Shown in pieces: positions 58,796 to 64,000 of a DNA stretch of 64,000 bases. The number at the start of each line of letters is the position of its first letter. The stretch's first letter is position 1. This stretch comes from Paraspadella gotoi (Eukaryota > Animalia > Chaetognatha), in contig CM119269.1 of NCBI GenBank assembly GCA_051294375.1, positions 3,142,026 to 3,206,025 on the forward strand, written 5' to 3'. Below the pieces are notes generated by a model. The model was not told the DNA's origin. It worked only from the letters and a program-made list of their open reading frames with translations, and ran no database searches. A program made the position numbers and the translations under genes.

Positions 58796-60199
58796 AAGAT
58801 ATCTCACCATATGTTCTTTTGAGCGCACACGGCCTTCCATAAGCTTGATTTGGTAGTGAGAGATCTGTAACTCTATAGATTCACTATTGTCGATATCCGC
58901 CGGCACCGCGCCCCGCGTTCCAAAGTCTTGTCGGGACAAGCTCCCGTTCATTTCATTCACAATCGCAGGGAGTGCTCAGAGCAGGACTTCTCGAGACTTA
59001 TAGTGGCTAATTACAAGTGAGAATTGGCTCGATAATATGTAGAATAGTAATATGGAAGTTGTTCCGCCGTTGGTGCTGCTCGTATACTAGTCCGCTATCT
59101 GCTACATAGGGTTGGTCATAGATACTACTACATCCAGAAACCTTATCTGACTATGTCTCTGACCTGGGTCCCTGCGGTTCTCCCTCCCCTTTACTCCACC
59201 CACCCTCTTAGCTACAAAACGGCATTCTATAACCTTCTCAGGTGGATCGAGGAGTAGTCGCCAACCTTAGCCTTGGAATAGGGATTAATATCAAGATTTT
59301 GGTGTGTGGGTGGTCGATTGCCAGATCGGGCATCGCCTAGAGAGAATTGTCATTGTTTGGCCGACAAGCGCCGTCCGGGTCGGTGCGGCCTGACGGACGA
59401 AATGTCGACGCGCCAATGACGTAGGCCGAACAACAAGAACAATCAGATCGTGCGAAACGGACAGGTCTTCGCCTTGTAGTTCATTCGATCGTTATTTCAA
59501 TGTTTTTAATTGTTTAATTCAAGTGTTAAATTTAAGATTTGAGTAAAATTTAATAAACAAGACTAAATCTTGGGTCGCTCGGTGAACATTTGAGAGGGAC
59601 AGGCTTTGGTGGTCTTAAGGCCGTCGCATAAACTACTCTCTACAAAGATAATGATCATAGCAGGTCCCCCTGCACAAGCTTTTTATATGCTATATAGGCC
59701 AGTCTGCAGAGTTTATATGTCTACTTCCATATCCCAGAGTACCTTGCTTGGATATATTCCTGCTGACTGGAGCAAAATATATGTAGTATTTTGAAAAGTG
59801 GAGGAGACACTATCCTTCGACTACGGGTTAACACATATATGATATATTTTTGATGGATTGATGTCAGATGGAGCTCGCGAGCTCTGATGAGAAGAACTTG
59901 CCTATAAGGTTTCCCCCTATCAGGCGGTCCGTTACGAAGCCAGAAGGCATTGTTGGATGTATGTTCTAGAGTAAATTATAATACGCGTAGTTTCGAGATA
60001 TATACAGGATGATCACTAATGAACGCGGACCAGATTTCTCACTTATTCCGCAGAGCAAGTCGTATATGGTGGTATCCGTATACCGAGACGGTCAATGCTT
60101 TTTACATCGCGTAACCCGGCCGAATCTAGGTGGTTTGGATTTGAATTAGTTTGATATGATTTTGATTGATTGATTGAATTGATTGATTGATTGATGTGA

Positions 60200-60243
<44 letters not shown>

Positions 60244-60619
60244 CTCATTTGAATTTTTTTTTATGCGATTAATAAAGAGAATGAGATTGTTATTGATGTG
60301 AGGGCGACGGTTTGTATAAATATGTGCTTTTGATATTGATTTTTCATAAGATCGCAGGGTTTTTAATTACCCTCCACCGTATATAGATCCATAATTATAT
60401 AATCTTTATAATTGACGCGATTAATTGATTATGATACTGTCATTCATTTTTAAGCATTCATACGCCGGTTGGAAAAATTATTTTTAAAAAAAGATAATAT
60501 CAATTATCTATTACATTCTTCCGTTCATTCCTATTAGCACATATCATTTTAAATATACTTTAATGGCATTCATTAACCTTTCACATTCCTTTCATCCCAT
60601 TTCATTCAATCAGTCTCAT

Positions 60620-61610
60620 AATGTAGAAATGCCTCCGCGAACTCCAAACTCTTCCGTCGACTGACTTCCGACGCCGAATTGACTCAAACCAAGAGCGGCA
60701 CGACCGCTGCGATCACCGCGTCCTCGCCGCCACCAAGACCAAAAAAGTGCCGGGAGCAGAGAGAGACCGCCATCCACGTCGCTCGCCGCGCGACCGCAAT
60801 AAAAAAGAGCCACCTACATCCTCTTTTAAAAAATAAACTACATACGACACAGTCCCTTATAACTCAACAGCGCACGGCGCGTATTCAGCTGCATGTCCCG
60901 CGCCACGTCGGCGCGAAAGCACATATTTCGCGGGTCCCCCGAGAACACCCTGCATTTAACGAGAATAGAGAGCACGATCACATTTTACAAACATGTACCA
61001 AAGGAAAAAAAGATGGGGGTTTCTAGGGGAGTGATTGGCGGGATGAGTGAGTAGAAGAGAGGAAGAGAGAGGAGTGAAGGAGTGAAAAAGGAGAGGGAGG
61101 AAGAAGGAGAGGAGAGGAAAGGAAGAGGGAAGAGAGAAGAGAGAGAGGGAGTAAGAGGAAGAGAGAGAGAGAGAGAGAGACAGAGGAGATGAGAGAGAGA
61201 GAAAGAGGAGAGAGACAGAGAGAGAGGAGAGGAGAGAGTTCGCAGAGGAGGAGAGAGAGAGAGAGAGAGAGAGAGAAGAAGAGAGAGAGAGAGAGAGAGG
61301 AGAGAGAGGAGGAGAGAGAGAGAGAGAGAAAGTAGAGAGAGAGAGAGAGAGAGTCAGAGAGAGAGAAGAGAGAGAGAGTCTAATAATTGACTTCTTCTCC
61401 CGTCCAGGCACAATTTTTCCCCCGCATGCCGCAGTCGGAGGATTGGGAGAGGTCGACGGAGAGAGTGAGGCCGACGAAAACGTCGGCTTAGAAACGCCAG
61501 CCGACGCCGAGAACAACGCGCCGCCCAAGCGTCGGCGGCGAAACTAGAGAAACAAGAAGAAGAAATGAGGAGGAGGCGGCGCTGCGGCGGCAGCGGCGAG
61601 AGAAGACTAA
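60620..61610 (+). CDS. Possible CRAL-TRIO (Sec14-like) protein C-terminal exons, heavily frameshifted
   Basis: Two GC-rich exon-like blocks (60620-61030, 61408-61610; acceptor ttcttctcccgtccag). Motif fragments across frames appear in CRAL-TRIO order: KVP..AIHV, ARIQLH, YKHVP, IFP...VGGLGEVD, then an acidic tail. Needs frame corrections. Confidence 0.3.
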
Positions 61611-63507
61611 CGCTTTATTGCAACAAGAACGGTGAATTTGGAAGATGTATGATAAAATTGATTATCCTAAATTAATTGTGCAAACGGGTAAAAAAAAAAA
61701 TTTTCCTAAAACTAATAATGAATTACATTATTGATTAATCCATTTGATTTCAAAAGTTAACAATTTAAAAGTGATGAAAAAATTAGACCAACTACCTTTT
61801 TTATTTTGTTTGAGTTAGTTAACCAATGCTACTTTTTAAACCCCAAATAGGACATTTTGGATTAAACCAGTTGTAACCTCTGCATTTTTCAAAGCGGCCC
61901 TCCAAATCCGGCGAAGCAACTCACTGCACAAGACGCCAGAACACGACGAAAACTCTCAAAGAACTCAAATCTTCTTTTTCGAAAGAGCAACAGAATCGTC
62001 GGTCGTCGTCGTCGTCCTCGTCGTCGCTGCCACTCATCCCCGAAATGAATTAACACAAAATCCGTTCCTCTTTGGATGAACTGATTTACATTTAGAATTT
62101 AAACTCTTCGTCGCCCTGTCGAAAATATATTCAGTTGGCTTTTATAGTATCCATTTAAAAAAAATGATGGCCTATTTAGCACCATTTCCTACCCGCTTTT
62201 TCTTTGTACCCGCGTAGGCCGCATTCTTGTGGCCCTTATGGCCGCTTTGAGGCCCCATAATAGGCCACTTTAGAGCCTCCCTCGGCCTGATTTCATTCCT
62301 CAACGCCTCGAGGGCATAAGTTTCCTTTCGATTTTCTTTAAATCAATCGATCGATCAATCAAAAAAATCTCTCGTCGTTTTGACGCTAAATGGCAACAAA
62401 CGTTTAAAAAGAGAGAAAATCTGACTTTAGGAGAGAGAGAGAGAGNNNNNNNNNNNNNNNNNNNNNNNNNNNNNNNNNNNNNNNNNNNNNNNNNNNNNNN
62501 NNNNNNNNNNNNNNNNNNNNNNNNNNNNNNNNNNNNNNNNNNNNNNNNNNNNNNNNNNNNNNNNNNNNNNNNNNNNNNNNNNNNNNNNNNNNNNNNNNNN
62601 NNNNNNNNNNNNNNNNNNNNNNNNNNNNNNNNNNNNNNNNNNNNNNNNNNNNNNNNNNNNNNNNNNNNNNNNNNNNNNNNNNNNNNNNNNNNNNNNNNNN
62701 NNNNNNNNNNNNNNNNNNNNNNNNNNNNNNNNNNNNNNNNNNNNNNNNNNNNNNNNNNNNCGCCCGCGCAAATTAGCGACGATTAAGCGATCGGAAAAAA
62801 ACTCGCGGTAGAAAAAAGGTAAGTTTGAACGAGAGCCTGAAAAGGTAGGCGACCAACCCACCCCCACCCCAAAAAAAAAGAGAAGGAGTCGGATTGACTT
62901 ATGCCTGGGAAAGGAATCGAGAGACAGGATAACGAGTTTTCTCATTCAAGAATCCGAGTTAATCGACGAGACTAATTTGTCCATTAAACGATCGTCAACT
63001 CATTTTCTTCTTTTTTTTTTTGGTTGGTGCGGATTGCTCGCCGCTTGTTTTAAACCTTGATTAAATTCATTAGGTTTAATAGCAATTTCGGTGCTTATTG
63101 ACGAATCTGGTGGTTGTTGACGACTGTTGAGATGTGAGTTTTGCTATGATTTACCATGCCTTCAACCGTTTTTGCTCCTTGAATATTTTCGTTCTCAGAT
63201 CGAAACGAGTTTTCCTAATAATGAACTCTGGGATGTTCTATTTTTAGCATCGAACACTTGGCACTGATTAAGAGCAGTTTCTTTTTAACCCTTATTAAAA
63301 GCCGTTTCCGACGCTTTTACTCTAGAGCGCCAACGGTTAAAAGTTGTTTACCCTCATAATTTTTCTTTTTGCTCTTTTTTTTTTTACTCCCAGAATTTCT
63401 ACTTTCTCCCGTTGCCAGATGTTGAGCAGAAATCTTTGATTTACCGCGGGGAACAATTTTTTATTTTTTACGCCTTCTAACGCCGCCTCAACCCCCGTTC
63501 TTTTTCA

Positions 63508-63540
<33 letters not shown>

Positions 63541-63629
63541 NNNNNNNNNNNNNNNNNNNNNNNNNNNNNNNNNNNNNNNNNNNNNNNNNNNNNNNNNNNN
63601 NNNNNNNNNNNNNNNNNNNNNNNNNNNNN

Positions 63630-63664
<35 letters not shown>

Positions 63665-64000
63665 TTCGTCTTTCGTTATTAACGTCTTTCTTTCTTTATT
63701 TCTTTCTTTCTTTTTTTCTTTCTTTCTTTCTCTCTCTATTTCTCTCTATCTTTCTTTCTTTTTTTTCTCTTCTTTCTGTCTTCAACAAAGAAAATCCCAC
63801 TTTCCCTTTTTGAACTTTGAAACGAAACTTGAAATAGACGATGACAAAACTTTGTTGTTCTTTCCTTTCGAGAACAGATGAACCGACGGAACAAAAACGA
63901 CGAACGAAAATGACGGAATAAAACGAAGAACAAAAGAACAACAAAGAACTTCAATCGTCGCCCACCGACGTCGCAGGTGTGGCCTCGTCATCCTCGTCAA

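Overview
Eukaryotic, most likely invertebrate metazoan, genomic DNA: AT-rich, short GT-AG introns, dense (AG)n and tetranucleotide microsatellites. The first ~16.8 kb reads cleanly and holds three things: a minus-strand multi-exon MINDY4/FAM188B-type deubiquitinase gene that probably runs off the left edge; a head-to-head 8-exon gene for a ~389-aa membrane protein made only of Ig2-Ig4-like domains of the L1CAM/neuroglian family; and an orphan 482-codon Ser/Thr/Arg-rich ORF. Much of 16.9-62 kb looks like error-rich long-read gap fill. It has four gaps of exactly 25 N and indel-riddled duplications, including a ~12 kb fold-back (16888-28837). It also contains two copies of a non-autonomous Helentron-like (HINE/DINE-1/pearl-type) element, a 42-bp minisatellite, scattered exon-like islands and a possible frameshifted CRAL-TRIO gene fragment. 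I found no prokaryote-type system. The best real-biology candidate is the truncated L1-like receptor; the most striking structure (the palindrome) is probably an assembly artefact. All alignments and splice models were done by eye.
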